Positions 1 through 12,903 are shown, numbered from the whole stretch's first letter. The stretch: DNA of 63,441 bases, filler included, from Octopus bimaculoides (GCF_001194135.2; 5 parts of 5 records of this genome joined end to end with filler, not necessarily neighbours in it), one strand, 5' to 3'. A program made the numbers and translations. Notes: generated by a model not told the origin, from the letters alone.

Positions 1-419
1 ATACACATACATACACACATATGTGCGTGTGTATTGTTCACTTTTCTTCTTCTTTTAATCTACCGCATACTTGTCTAATGTCGTTTTTTAGATAATTTTT
101 TTTTCACCGAACAGCTCGATAGTTAACATGCCCATTTGTCATTTCGATCAATTTATGTCACATATACACACGCTTTAAATATTTGTATTACATAAACCTA
201 TTGCCTATATTATCAACCATACACACGTATACACACTCACTGTTGTTAGAATGTCGTGCATGTCCTCGTTAACCGCTGTTTACTTCTCACGGTTGAAAAT
301 CCACCTGAAAACCTCCAATAGTGACTGCTATTTTGCACAAATACTTCGCTTTAGGATTTCTTAATTGCTACGCATTTCCTATACTTTGTGTGTGTGTGCG
401 TGTNNNNNNNNNNTATATA

Positions 420-2245
420 GTGGTTTAGCTCCAGGTCAACCGTGATCAAGCAGACATGATTAAAGGCACTCCAGTTGTGACCAGTCAGTCGTTCTGGGAG
501 TATGTAGGAATATGTTATCTGGTGTGTCCCCGTGTTTCTGACGGTGAGATATAATTTGAGAATTTAACTGCTATTTCTAGCAGCTGGAGCATCTGCATAG
601 AGGTTGGCTCGTGTGTGTGTTGAGTACAATTAGGGTGTGTAGTTAATTGACTTCGTGTCAGAATATTCGTGGTTCTTCAACGAAGGAGAGGGTTTCTAAA
701 GTGGTTGGTGGGCTTGTTAGAAATAGCAACCTAATCTCTATCAGATCACAACCTACGGTTTTTTTTTTTTTTTAAGGACTACTTGGATATTGTGACTTAT
801 ATTTTCACTGCTAGAAGAAAAAAGAAAAGACGTGTTTGTCGTAACTGGAATCGCTTTGATCAGAGATCTGCTGAATCAGGGCCGATTTGGTTGCTAAAAT
901 AGCAACAGTAGCAACTGGTTTTATGAATTCAGCCTGGAAATATATGAGTGGCACGAGCTTCTTCTTCGTTGGTTTGATTGATAATGTCAATTATAATTCT
1001 CCATGAGAGATTTACAATGTGTCTAATCGTCTATTTCGAGCGATAATTTATTCTTCTTTACCTAAATTCACCATTCCTGCACGAGCCAACGGCGAAACGT
1101 CTCCATAGTCGCTCGACTTGGTTGAAATAACAACCAAATCTCCTTCAAATTACATCCTATTGTCGCTATACATCAGAATAGTATCTGATATACAAATAAC
1201 AGAAGGTCTATTCTAAGACTACTGGGGGGACAGCAACTAATTGTTCATTTCTTGTTCGCTTATTTTTGTTTTTATTCTATGAGCCGACGATAGAGCCTCT
1301 ATGCCGTCACTCGACCTACTAGAAATAGCAGCCAAATCGCCATCAAATCACTGAATAAGTAAATAAAGAGGATACGTTAGACAATGTAGTAGTTTATGAT
1401 ATATAAAAAAAAAATTATAATCCCAAAATCTATGATTACGGCCCCGACCACGTCTGATCGAAAATCTGCTCGATCAGCGTTAAACAACAAACGTTTGAGT
1501 ATTCCTATTCAGTTGTTTTTATCTATTCCAGTCGCTACTTTTTCTTCAGCGATACCGATTCCTTACTACAAACATTTCATGAATTTCGCTGCCACCACCA
1601 CTTGCTCATCGGTTCATTAAATTTATAAATTACTTTTGTAAAATGCTTGTTGACAGATAATACCCTACATTGACACCCTGGGGATGGATGTAGTTCTTTA
1701 AAACACCATTGTACATTGTGCTGCACATGCCTTTAGAAAATATTTGAAGTAAAGAGATACAGGAATTGGGGGTGGGGGGGGAATGAGTGAGGTGGCAGAC
1801 ATAGATTTACATATACAAGTGGTGGTCGTGGGAGGAGGAAGTATAAATATTTCTAAATGTTTGTCGGAACAAGTGTCTACTTAAGTCATTGTCATTTACA
1901 AGTGCGTTTAGATGGCCGAGTTGATAGGGTCTCCGCCTATATATCAAAGTTCCATCAAGTCCTAGCTTGTCACCACTGCTCTACTGTCTCCGTGGAAAGC
2001 ACTTTTTACTCTCAAAGACACAGCCCACCTATCTGTAAATACGAGGTATTGCTGCTCTTTGGTCAACCAGAGATAGCAGCCAAATTACCCATAACACTTT
2101 ATTGTATCAAGAAAGGAAAGCAAACATCGAACAATATAGTCCTTCATACGTCTCAAAAGATGTAATGCTTATCGTTGGAGTAACCCTGATCATAGGTCTG
2201 GTGGAGCAAGGCTGGTTTGAGGCTAAACAACCACAACAACGTGGT
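420..2245. repeat. Cluster of about five copies of a SINE-like family with core GCTAGAAATAGCAGCCAAATC (~420-612 minus; ~690-905, ~1078-1200, ~1284-1490, ~2050-2240 plus)
   Basis: The same core and the downstream block GGAAT..CTTTGATCA..GGTCTG...GCTAAACAAC recur in each copy. Further relics near 8985-9060 and 31140-31290 (minus). Confidence 0.7.
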
Positions 2246-2373
2246 TGTTTGACATGCAAAAAATGACAGCCAAATCTATAAAAAATCTCGCTCTACTGTC
2301 ACTCTAGTTAATGTAATCCTAGATATATTATCATCATCATAGTTTTAATGTCTACTTTTACATGTTTGCATGT

Positions 2374-2665
2374 GAAGGCGCATAGCTCAGTGGTTAGAGC
2401 ATTGAGCTCAATATCATGAGGTAGTGAGTTTGCTTCTTGAGCAAGACGATTTATTTCACTCAGCTGTAGAAATGAGTTGCAACGTCACTGGTGCCAAGCT
2501 GTATCAGCCTTTGCCTTTCCCTTGGATAACATTGTTGCATGGAGAGGGGAGGTTGGTATGCATGGGTGACCGCTGGTCTTCCAGCAGTTGCCCATGTGCC
2601 TTGGAGGGGAACTTCCTAGGTGCAATCCCGTGGTCATTCATGACCGATGGGAGACTTTACCCTTT
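2374..2665 (+). mobile_element. tRNA-derived SINE with CORE-like central domain
   Basis: A-box-like TAGCTCAGTGG head followed by TTGAGCAAGAC..TTTATTTCAC..CAGCTGTAGAAATGAGT. Aligns along its length with the copy at 23511-23846. Confidence 0.8.
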
Positions 2666-3214
2666 TACATGTTTGCATGGTTCAGTGAGATTTCTTTGGG
2701 CAGATTTTCTACAGCCTAATGCCCTTTCTGTTACCAATCTTTTTCCAAGCAAAATAATATTTTCTCATGACCAAACGTTTTTCATGGGAGACTGGAAACA
2801 AGGAATGGTGCTTGAATGACAGTGACACTTGTTTACAACTATAATCAAGTTGAGGGAGGCACAAACACACATACTGTCTGTCTTATATGTGTGTGTATAT
2901 GTGTATGTGTATGTATACTCTTTTACTTGTTTCAGTCATTTGACTGCAGCCATGCTGGAGCACTGCCTTTNNNNNNNNNNNNNNNNNNNNNNNNNNNNNN
3001 NNNNNNNNNNNNNNNNNNNNNNNNNNNNNNNNNNNNNNNNNNNNNNNNNNNNNNNNNNNNNNNNNNNNNNNNNNNNNNNNATATATATATATATATATAC
3101 ACACACAAATAATCAGAAAATGGAAAAAAACCTCAGATTAACAAACACATCGATTGGACCACATTTATAGTTTATTTTTTAATACAAAGCATGTCATAAC
3201 AGATATATGACACT

Positions 3215-3365
3215 CAACAGGCTTCTTTCAGTTTCTGTCTACCAAATCCACTTCTAAGGCTTTGTTAGTTTGGGGTTACAATAGATGTCCAAGGTTCCAT
3301 ACAGTGACACTGATCTTAAAACCATCTACTTGGAAAGCAAACTTCCTAACCATACAGCCAATGCT
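3215..3365 (-). mobile_element. SINE copy (GCATGGCTGTGTGGTAAGAAG family)
   Basis: Reverse complement matches the plus copies at 14458-14620 and 34840-35230. Other minus copies at ~8012-8148, 10545-10760 and 24530-24665. Confidence 0.75.
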
Positions 3366-3539
3366 GGAATGGCTCTTGTCATAGGTCTAATCAGTATGGT
3401 CTAATCTGGGACTAAGCTCCAAGAATCTTCATGAAGGTAGAATAATTAATTTGACATTGTAATCAGTGGAAACATCATGATTGATGTATATGTTTTTGTT
3501 TAAATTTTCCTTACTGGATTGGTCTGGAAGAAGGAGCAG

Positions 3540-3973
3540 TACCCATGGCCTTCACAGACTCACCAGGGCCGGTTGTATCAATGCAGTTAAACATTTATTC
3601 GCGAACAGTTTGTAAATTAATAGTTACAAGGTGGTGGTTATGGGGGCATAGACAGGGTTATGTTCTGCAAAGAAGGAGTGGGTGTGGTGGCTAGTGCAGA
3701 GGGTAAGGAAGACACAGTCTGGATAACTCCCTTCTGGATCTCACCAAGTTTTGAAAAAAGGTTGGTCATTGATGAGAGCTGAAATACATTTTTGGTCCTG
3801 AAAAGAAAAGTTAGTTTTTGTGATGTTGTCTTTGTCATGTTGAGGATGTCAGGAAAGTTCTTTAGTTGTAGTTGAGGCCTAGCACTTGTAGTTGCATTCT
3901 GGGAATGTTTAGGATGGGGTGCATATGATAATGTTTTCTTGATATGTGTTTGTTTTATGTCCATTTTTTGCAT
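3540..3973 (-). pseudogene. Possible LINE ORF1 C-terminus / ORF2 start relic
   Basis: 111-aa S/T/P/Q-rich ORF followed in another frame by LVTINLQTVRE*, which resembles the start of an AP-endonuclease domain. Weak similarity only. Confidence 0.25.
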
Positions 3974-4019
3974 GCTTGCAGGAATATATTATTGAAGAAT
4001 GGGCTATTTGGTGACCCTG

Positions 4020-4290
4020 CCGGTGCTGGTGCCATGTAAAAAGCATCCTGGCATTTGGAAGGGCATTCAGCTGTAAAAACCATGCCAAAACTGACCTTGC
4101 CTGTGCTGGTGCCCGGTAAAATGCACTCGGTCCACTCTATGGAGTAGTTGGTGTTAGGAAGGGCATCCAGCCATAAAAACCATGTCAAAACAGACACAGT
4201 AGCCTGTTTTAGTCTTCTACCTGGCCGGCTCCTGTCAAACTGTCCAACCCATGCCAGCACGGAAGGCGGATATTAAGTGATGATGATGAT
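4020..4290 (+). repeat. Interspersed repeat ending ...CCAACCCATGCCAGCA.GGAA..(GAT)n, associated with RTE 3' ends
   Basis: Same block at 7670-7998 and 33320-33510 (plus) and at 12678-12822 and 13243-13470 (minus). Contains CTGGTGCCATGTAAAAAGCA units. Confidence 0.75.
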
Positions 4291-4741
4291 CATAATGATC
4301 ATTGAGGCATTGTTCTGTCTTATTTCACACGTCTTTGAAGGCACAAGGTGAGGGTGCAGTTTGTTGGCAGGAGAAATGGCAACAAAACCCCACTTGTAGC
4401 CTGTAACTTTTGTTTAGTGCAAATGTAAACAAACAGAAGTGCAGCCATGGCTGTGTAGTTAAAACATTCACTTCTCAACAACTGAGAATTCTTGCAAGTG
4501 AATTTGGAAGATGAAAATGGAAAGAACGTGTGTATGTGTTCTTCTTCTGACATGAAATGATAGTTGTAAGTGAATGTCACCATCATATAAACAGCACCAT
4601 TTCTTTCCAGTTTTCCAGGAAAACATGGTTAGCCATGGGGGAATAAGATCTCATTTGGAAACAGGTGATGGTTATTGAGAGGAAGGGATCTGGCTGATCA
4701 ATAAATTGCATCTGATCCATGTGACCACGAAAACATGGATA

Positions 4742-4782
<41 letters not shown>

Positions 4783-4825
4783 ACATACACACACACACCA
4801 CATACACACACACACCACATACACA

Positions 4826-4869
<44 letters not shown>

Positions 4870-5212
4870 AGGCTTGTAGTACTGAGTTAAAAATCTAAAA
4901 ACCAAAGAAACTAGAGAAGATTTGTGTGTACAATTATCAAATCTACAGCTTTGGTTTGACTGCAGAGAGAAGACTACTCAAAACCTGTGTCATTAATTCA
5001 GAAACGTACACACTGTCACACTCTTGTAACAAACAACGGATGCAATATCCACTGCTTCAAGATTAAAATCGAGAAAATCTTTCTATAAATTAGGAATAGA
5101 AAACCATGAAATTAATGAAGGGCAGAGAGATGGAAGGAGAAATCATCTTCCTAGTAATGGAGACCTGGTTGGAGAACTCCACTGAATCACTGCTGAGTTT
5201 CTATTCTCTTAC

Positions 5213-5350
5213 CAGAAAGCAGTGGATGTCAACAAACAGGTTGCGGTCAGGCCTCGAAAAGATAGTGACTGACCTGTGTCGACAGAGATATTGTGAATGC
5301 CTTGTATGCCTCAGTATACAGACAGTGTTGCAATGTCTGGCCACTTTGAT
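5213..5350 (-). CDS. Candidate internal exon, 138 nt, phase 0-0 (IKVARHCNTVCILRHTRHSQYLCRHRSVTIFSRPDRNLFVDIHCFL), product unknown
   Basis: Minus-strand acceptor ccccacctctttcag and donor CTG|gtaaga with an open frame between. No recognised homology. Confidence 0.25.
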
Positions 5351-5829
5351 CTGAAAGAGGTGGGGAACAATCCTTGATGTTGATGAGCTCCTACATCAAC
5401 TGGATTTTGAATTTAAATTTGGACTTATAAGAGACTGCTAAATTTACATTTGTTATCTAAGTTCACCATTTGTTTATGAACTATGAAGAAACTTCTTCAT
5501 GTTTGTACTGCGGCATTGATCCCAAGGAGATATGGAACAGTTCATGAAACTAGTGAGGTTTACTTCATTTGAATTTCAAATGTGGATTTGGAAGTGTGTG
5601 AGAGACCTCGAAATTTTATTTCATCATTTATCACTTATACTTTTCCATGCTTCTATGCATCAGACAGAATTAATTGAGGCAGATTTTCTATGTCCGAGCA
5701 AGGTAATATTCTCTTGTGGCTGGACATGTTTTCATGGGAGATTGAAAACAAATGACACTGCTTGTATGGTGGTGACACTTGTTTACAACTACCACAAACA
5801 CACACAAGAAGGTACATGCTTGCACGAGC

Positions 5830-7668
5830 GCACTCACACACATGTGTGTAGGGCTACAAAGTTGTCAAGAAGACAACTAGTTGGGAAAAGAAAGACCTAC
5901 ATAGTCAGAGATTTAGAGATGATCTACTCAAAGCACTTGACAAGAAGGAAGAGGATATAGTAACATGTAACATAGAAGACAGCTGGAGGTTCCAACAGGA
6001 CAACTTAATGAGAGCTACTGACCAAATTTGTGGCTAGTGCAAAGTCCCCTCCAGACCTGAGGTGACATGATGCTGGAACAATGTAGCAGACAGGACCATT
6101 AGGGTGAAAAAACGAGCCTGGAAGTATGATGGTAGCAGGGAAGCTAAGAGATAGGTATATTTAGCTAGGGAAGAAGCTTGTCAATGTTCTGAAATACCTC
6201 AATGAGGACCAGAAGTTTGAGGTGTTTCAGATTGCAAGACAGTGTGTCAAAGAAAACCATGATGTTGTAAGAGAGAAGTGTGTCTGAAGTTAGTGGTTCT
6301 GCAAAGAAAGAGGCTTGGAAGTGCCACCATGAAAGGCTGCTAAATGTAGAGAATGCATGAGAGGAGAGTCTACCTAATGTGGACCCAACAGAGGGACCAG
6401 CTATCCAAATTGACAGTCACTTGATAGATAAAACAATTAAGGATATGAAGACAGAAAGCCCCCAGCCCTTCAGGAATCATCACTGAGATACTTAAAATAT
6501 CTGCCAGAGTGGGTTAGGGCCTAGTCATCTGTATAGTTAATCATGTTGCCCATGAGGGCATCATACCCAACAACTGGTGTAACAGCATTATAGTCAGCTG
6601 TGACAAAGGCAAAGGCAATGCCTTAGACAGAAATAATTACAGGGGTATCAAATTATTGAACCTTGTGATTAAAGTTACAGAGAGGATCATAGCTCAACTA
6701 ATTAGGAAGAGAGTTAGCCTGGATGAGATGCAGTTTGATTTTGTGCCAGGGAGAAGCATTACCGATGCTAGCTTCTTGGTAAACAACTGCAGGAAAAGCC
6801 AAAAGTAAACCTCTACTTGGCTTTTGTTGACATGGAGAAAGTCTTTGATAGGGTCCCCTGCTCTGTCATCTAGTGGTCAATGCAAAAGCTAGGGATTGAT
6901 GAGGGCTGTACAACTCCTGTATGAGGACATTATCAGTAAGGTGAAGGTCAGCAATGAGTATGGCAATGAATTTAGTGTACAAGTAGGAGTTCACTAAGGT
7001 TCAGTTCTCAGTCCCCTCTTGTTTATCATAGCCCTCCAGGCAGTAACATGGCTACCCTTGGGAGATCCTCTATGGTGATGACCTTGTTCTTATTTTGAGC
7101 CACTATCTGAACTAGAGAGGAAATTTCAGGTGCAGAAGCAAGTTCTGGAATGAGAGTTAATTCCGCAAAGTTAATTGGAATAGAGTTAATTTAGCAAAGA
7201 CCAAAGTCCTAGTAAGTTGGAAAACAGACAAATCACAAATTCCTTCAGGGAGATGGCCCTGCTCAATATGTTAAAAAGGTGTTGGTAGAAACTATATACT
7301 GTGTACCCAGTGCAAGCTATGGACACACAAGAGGTGCATCATTATCACAAGAAGGTTAACAGAAAATGTACAGAGAATAGACTTTCTCAAATGTCCAGGA
7401 GGATCCTTAGAAGTAGTAGATAGTTTCCATTACCTAGGTGACCCAGTTAGCTGTGGGATTGGAAGTTCTGAAAGTTTAGTTACTCAAATAAGAACAGGCT
7501 GGACAAAGTTCAGAGAGCTTCTGCCTTTGTTGGTAACAAAGAGCCTCTCTTTCTGAGTTAAAGGCAGATTGTATAATGCTACATGGCAGTGAATTGTGGG
7601 CTGTAACTACAGGGGAATTGCAAAGGCTTGAAAGTAATGAAGCCAATCTGATCCACTGGATGGGTAAT
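5830..7668 (+). mobile_element. RTE-clade LINE, 5'-truncated and decayed ORF2 (reverse transcriptase region)
   Basis: Frameshifted translations include NYRGIKLL, LAFVDMEKVFDRVP, GDDLVL and LEVVDSFHYLGD. Homologous to the fragments at 11590-12076, 12900-13225 and 17655-18960. Confidence 0.9.
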
Positions 7669-7669
7669 G

Positions 7670-7830
7670 TAAAAAGCACCAGTGCTGGCGCCACATAAAA
7701 AAACACAGGTGCTGACACCATGCAAAGGGCACTAGTGTTGGCACCATGTAAAAAGCATTAGTACTGGTGCCATGTAAAAGGTACTAGTATTGGTTCCACA
7801 TAAAAGATGCCTGTACTGGTGCCATATAAA
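7670..7830 (+). repeat. About six degenerate ~26-bp tandem units (consensus ~AGTGCTGGTGCCATGTAAAAAGCAC) heading the RTE-tail-like repeat
   Basis: The units can be read directly in tandem. Confidence 0.7.
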
Positions 7831-8233
7831 AAACACCCAGTACACTCTGTAAAGTGGTTGGTGTCAGGAAGGATTTCCAGCTGTTGAAACCATGCCAAAA
7901 CACACAATTGGAGCCTGGTGCAGCTCTCCGGCTTGTCAACTCCTGTCAAACCATCCAACCCATGCCAGCATGGAAAATGGACATTAAATAATGATGATAC
8001 ACACACATACATCTTTCAGTTTCCATCTACCAAATCCACTCACAAGGTTTTGATTGGCTATAGTAGACATTTGCCCTAGGTGCCATGCAGTGGAAGTGAA
8101 CTGGAAACCACATTGTTTGAAAGTAAACATCTCAATCGCCTAGCCATGCCTATGTCTTATGTGTATCAAAATTCACCTTTTATTTGTGATCCAAGAAAGG
8201 AATCTCTTCATGACGGCCTGCCTAGCTAGGTGG

Positions 8234-8597
8234 TGGCACTCCGTCGCTTACGACATCGAGGGTTCCAGTTGATCCGATCAACGGAACAGCCTGCTCGTGA
8301 AATTAACGTGCAAGTGGCTGAGCACTCCACAGACACGTGTACCCTTAACGTAGTTCTCGGGGATATTCAGCGTGACACAGTGTGACAAGGCTGACCCTTT
8401 GAATTACAGGCACAACAGAAACAGGAAGAAAGAGTGAGAGAAAGTTATGGTGAAAGAGTACAGCAGGGTTCGCCACCATCCCCTGCTGGAGCCTCGTGGA
8501 GCTTTTAGGTGTTTTCGCTGAATAAACACTCACAACGCCTGGTCTGGGAATCGAAACCGTGAGTCCGCTGCCCTAACCACTGGGCCATTGCGCCTCC
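8234..8597 (-). mobile_element. tRNA-derived SINE, full-length young copy (GGAGGCGCAATGGCCCAGTGG family)
   Basis: Near-identical to 51578-51936 (plus) and 44841-45223 (minus). CpGs retained. Flanked by gcctagctag / gcttagctag, a probable target-site duplication. Confidence 0.9.
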
Positions 8598-9342
8598 CGC
8601 TTAGCTAGATATAGCTACCAGTTCATATAAGATAAGTCACTAGAATCTAAAGAACAGTTCAGTTGCCTCGAGGGACAAAGAGTTTTAATGATTTGGGTTT
8701 CTTGCAGTAAGCAGGAGCAAAATAGTGGGAAGTGTGCAACTTGAGAGGAACTTCGAAAACAGTAGAATTAATTAGCAACTGATGCATTTGTTGGATGAAG
8801 AAAATATCAAGCATTTTATGCTTCTTTCACATCTGAAGAAAATAGATGGGTTGTTAATGTCCTCTCATTCATCCTTTTAGTTAACATGTTTTTGCTTTGT
8901 CAGAGTCGACACTAGTGGAGCAGATACATCCACTATCATGTATTTTTATATATCATCCAATGTATTCTTTCTATTTTTATTTTTTCTAGAGAGTAGGGTG
9001 TAATTTGAGGGAAATTTGGCATCTCTTCCTTGTAGATTTAAACAACTACAGAAAAAATTCCTTGTTAGCATTTGCTCCTTTTCTATTTCTTTTTTTTTAA
9101 ATTTGCGACTGGTATTGTACTATAGCAGTTAATGTGAGTGATTTTGTATTTTCTCTCCACATGTGTTTGCTGACTGTAAACAACATGTTAACTAAAAGGA
9201 TAAATAAATGAGAGGATACTAACAATACAGGCAGTGTCCTGTGCGAGCAGTCAACCACAAAAGCATATCTAGACATGTCTTGATGTGCTGCACAATCTTT
9301 GTCAACATAAGGTTCATTCAAATGATGCTGTTTTATTTTCAG

Positions 9343-9397
9343 TTTGCTGCTTAACTACGTCAAGGTTGTTTGTGAGATGTTTCACTTCTTTTATGTT
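9343..9397 (+). CDS. Candidate internal exon, 55 nt (xLLLNYVKVVCEMFHFFYV), product unknown
   Basis: Acceptor gttttattttcag and donor GTT|gtaagc with an open frame. Ends in phase 0, compatible with the 14016 candidate. Confidence 0.3.
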
Positions 9398-10199
9398 GTA
9401 AGCAAGGAAAAACTGTCATAAACATTGCAGTTTCTCAGCTCTTTTCCCAATTAAAATGGACATCCTACCCGCATGAGGAACTATATTATCTGTTTATTTG
9501 TGGCAATACTACTTCACATTGAAAAGGATTGGCAATTTGCTGAAAAACAATTATCCTATATAATCTGACTGATAAATATTGACTATTACCATAGAATATT
9601 CAATAAATGTCGTAGGATGTACATTTTTTGTCAGGTTTATTTAAAGTCAAATCTTCTGGCATAGCTGTGTGACTAAAAAGTTTGCACCCCAATTATGTAC
9701 TTTCAAGTTCAGTCTCACCATGTGGCACCTTGGATAGGTGATCAAAAGCCTTCTTAATAGAATCACCTGAGAGAAACTGAAACTCTATGTATGTGTGTAT
9801 ATACACATGTGTGTGTTTGTATCTCCTTGTCATTGTGATGTGTAATTAGCAGTAAATGAGTGTCACCTTCATACAAGTGGTGTCATTTATTTCCAATATT
9901 CTGTGAAAACCTGCCTGGCCATGGATAAACATTACTTGTAAGCAAGTGAAAGTTGGCAGCAGGAAGAGCTTAGCAAATTCTATCTTGTCCATGCAAGCAT
10001 GGACAGGTGGCCATTAAAATGATGGTTGTTATATAAACTACAGCCATCACTTGCAATCAAGGATGACTTTATATCAGCATATCCCATGCTTTTACTAATG
10101 ATTTTAGGTGCTTATTTATTCACAAGCAGACATTCCCTCTTCACTTACCACATCCAGATTGTGACAATTGAAGGGGAAAAGGGCTGCATCATCACTGGG

Positions 10200-10455
10200 C
10201 TGTTATTTTATTTATTGGTCTTGAAAAAATGAAAGGCAGAGTTCAATAGGTGGGATTTGAACTGAGAGTACAGAAACAAATATTTATTTCAAATTTTGAC
10301 ACAAGGCCAGCAATATCAGGGAATTAGTTAAACTGATTACAACTAACTGATACTTTATTTTATCGACCTCAGTGGGATTTGAAATCAGAATGTGAAGACA
10401 GATGAAATGCTGCTAAGCAGTTTTGCCAGAGTGCTGACGATTCTGTCAGCTTCCC
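10200..10455 (-). mobile_element. Two decayed SINE copies (AAGGCGGTGAGCTGGCAGAA family)
   Basis: Reverse complement matches the plus copies at 39101-39500 and 46565-46750. Confidence 0.7.
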
Positions 10456-11084
10456 ACCTTCCCACAAACAAGTATTGCAATGCACTCTATGACACCGTAA
10501 CTACTCTCGTAATCAATCAGTTGCCTTTTCTTTTTTAATTTTCCATCTTTTTACTTGTTTCACTTCTCAGACTATGGCCATGCTGGGGCACCATCTTGAA
10601 GAATTTTTAGTCAAATGAATCAACTCCAGTACTTCTTTTTTTAAAGCCTGGTATTTATTCTATCAGTCTCTTTTCCCAAACTGCTAAGCTACAGGGATGT
10701 AAACACACCAACACAAGTTCTCAAGCAGTGGTGGGGAACAAACAAAGATGCACACACATAAATCTCTATATATATATATATAATGCAAGAGAGTTAGGGG
10801 TTGGGGATTCAACCCACTAAGGGATAGTATCTATCCAATATACTGCTGGGAGGGTACCCAATTATTGTTACACTAGTGTTATACCAAGTGTAATAAATGG
10901 GTGCGGGTAAAAGGGGGGTTGGTTTACCCTAAATTTATATAGCAATTAGAAAATGGAGGATAATATGCTGTACCCAACGACTTGTAGACAGTGTATCCCG
11001 TTGAATTAATTAACTTAATTTGTAACTAAAGTGACAAAAAAAAACACAAAGTACAAGTGTTTATGACAAATTATGTTATATTGA

Positions 11085-11560
11085 CAACCGGGTGGATGGA
11101 AATATGGTAAAGGATGACTCGTCAGAAAAAATAACATTCTTCTGCAATTCTGTAGGTTTTTACTCCACTATAAATGCTTTGCAACGTTTGTTTCTGAAAA
11201 TAGTGGTTTTCTGATTGCAGCCTTCTCATGAAATCCGGCTTTGGGCAGCTTCCAGCGAACAGTTTTTCTGGAAACTGGGTTCTTGAGGTGATCATTAAGC
11301 TCTGCAGTAATTTTGGGAGCTGTACTTTTGTGATCCTTTCTAACTATTTGTCTAAGAGTCTAATGGTTTTCGTTTTCTTCTGGAGTTTTGTTTTGACGAG
11401 GAGGTTTTTCCCTCTTTCTCAAAGCTGTCATTACTTTTGAGACAGTACTTCTTGATACACCAAACATTTCAGCTGTTTTCGTTATGCTAGCGCCTACCAT
11501 ACAAGCACCAACAATTTGACCGCTTTGAAAGTCTGATAGATCTGTCATTTTAATGAATTT
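11085..11560 (-). mobile_element. Tc1-like transposase N-terminal half (decayed)
   Basis: MTDLSDFQSGQIVGACMVGASITKTAEMFGVSRSTVSKVM (paired-like HTH). After frameshifts, KNVIFSDESSF contains the first catalytic Asp. Confidence 0.85.
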
Positions 11561-11589
11561 TAATTATCTTTCTGACTATGGTGTTGTGA

Positions 11590-12076
11590 CATCAGTCATT
11601 GGTTATCACTCCTTCATGAACTACTTGATTTACGATGCGGGTGACAAGACTATAATCCACACTGCCCAATATTTTAAGCATCTCAGCAGTGATTCTTGAT
11701 GGGCCAGGTGCTTTCCCTGTCTTCATATCCCTAATTGCTTTATCTACCAGGGTACTGTTGATTGGGGTAGCTGGTCCCTCAATTGGGTCAACCTTTGGCA
11801 GACTCTCCTCCTCCCATTCATTCTCCACATTCAGCAGTCTTTCATAATGGCATCTCCAAGCCTCTTTGTTTGCAGAATCATCAATGCTGACACATTTCTC
11901 TCCCATGACATCATGGTTTTCTCTCACACCTGTTTTGCAATCCGAAACACTTCAGTTCTTTGGTCGTCACGTCGCTGAACATTAACAAACTTCTTGTTTT
12001 CTGCTACTCCCTTGGCTATATATACCTGTCTCCTAGCTTCTCCTTTGGCTATCTGATACAGTCTCCTGCTACCTTG
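11590..12076 (-). mobile_element. RTE LINE fragment
   Basis: ORF ...AWRCHYERLLNVENEW...IRDMKTGKAPGPSRITAEMLK, which matches the 5830-7668 copy. Confidence 0.9.
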
Positions 12077-12077
12077 C

Positions 12078-12542
12078 TTTTTTCATAATCCCAAGGTTGT
12101 GCAGTCACAATACATATACAGAAAATTACATTGGGTAAAATAAATTAAAATCACAAGAAGGTGAGATGTTTAAAATATTTATAATAATCCTCGTATGAAG
12201 TAAAATTAAATAGAGTAAGGCAATTTAAAATAATTCTATCTCTGATGAAGGAAATGCAGCCAACAAAGTCGAAGGAATAAGCTTCTGCTTTGCATATTCC
12301 CTGAAATGATTGTAAGCTATCTCACTTCATTATATTTTTATTGATTTCATTTGTGAATTGCTTTATTTTAATTCATTTGAGGACAATTTTAAATTGCCTT
12401 ACCCTATTTAATGTTACTTTATACAAGGACTATAATAAATCTTTTAAACATCGCACCTGCATGTGATTTTAATTTAATTTATTTTATCCGATGCAATTTT
12501 CTGTTTATGTACTGTGATTGTCCAGCCTTGGAATTATAAAAG
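12078..12542. repeat. Foldback element: ~155-bp inverted arms (12078-12231 / 12386-12542) around a hammerhead-like core
   Basis: The left arm (ataatcccaagg...ggcaatttaaaat) is the reverse complement of the right arm (attttaaattgcc...ccttggaattat) with scattered substitutions. Confidence 0.85.
12237..12319 (+). ncRNA. Decayed type I hammerhead ribozyme motif
   Basis: Stem I tatct/agcta, CTGATGA, long imperfect stem II (aggaaatgca...tgcatattccct), GAAA, stem III ATGATTGT, GUA cleavage triplet. Confidence 0.55.
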
Positions 12543-12860
12543 AAATATATATGTATTATATTCCCAATTTGAATATGTATTGGCCAGACTATGAGAGTGA
12601 TAAACTAATCAGTCTTCTCTCCCTCTTGTTGAGCCCTTACATGTTATTTCGTGGAAAGAGTTACATTCTTTTATTCATCATCATCATCATCGTTTAACGT
12701 CCGCTTTCCATGCTAGCATGGGTTGGACGATTTGACTGAGGACTGGTGAAACCAGATGGCTACACCAGGATCCAATCTGATTTGGCAGAGTTTCTACAGC
12801 TGGATGCCCTTCCTTACGCCAACTACTGGCAACAGCAACGGCGACGCTGGCAACTGGCAG

Positions 12861-12899
<39 letters not shown>

Positions 12900-12903
<4 letters not shown>

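Noticed and set aside
1077-1108. CTGCACGA-GCC-AAC-GGC-GAAACGTC hammerhead look-alike
   Set aside because: The CUGA core is interrupted, stem I cannot pair, and it corresponds to the head of the GCTAGAAATAGC SINE-like family, whose other copies here do not keep the motif.
7670-7830. Regularly spaced ~26-bp repeats (CRISPR-like appearance)
   Set aside because: Head-to-tail degenerate units without unique spacers, no cas genes, and a eukaryotic repeat context.
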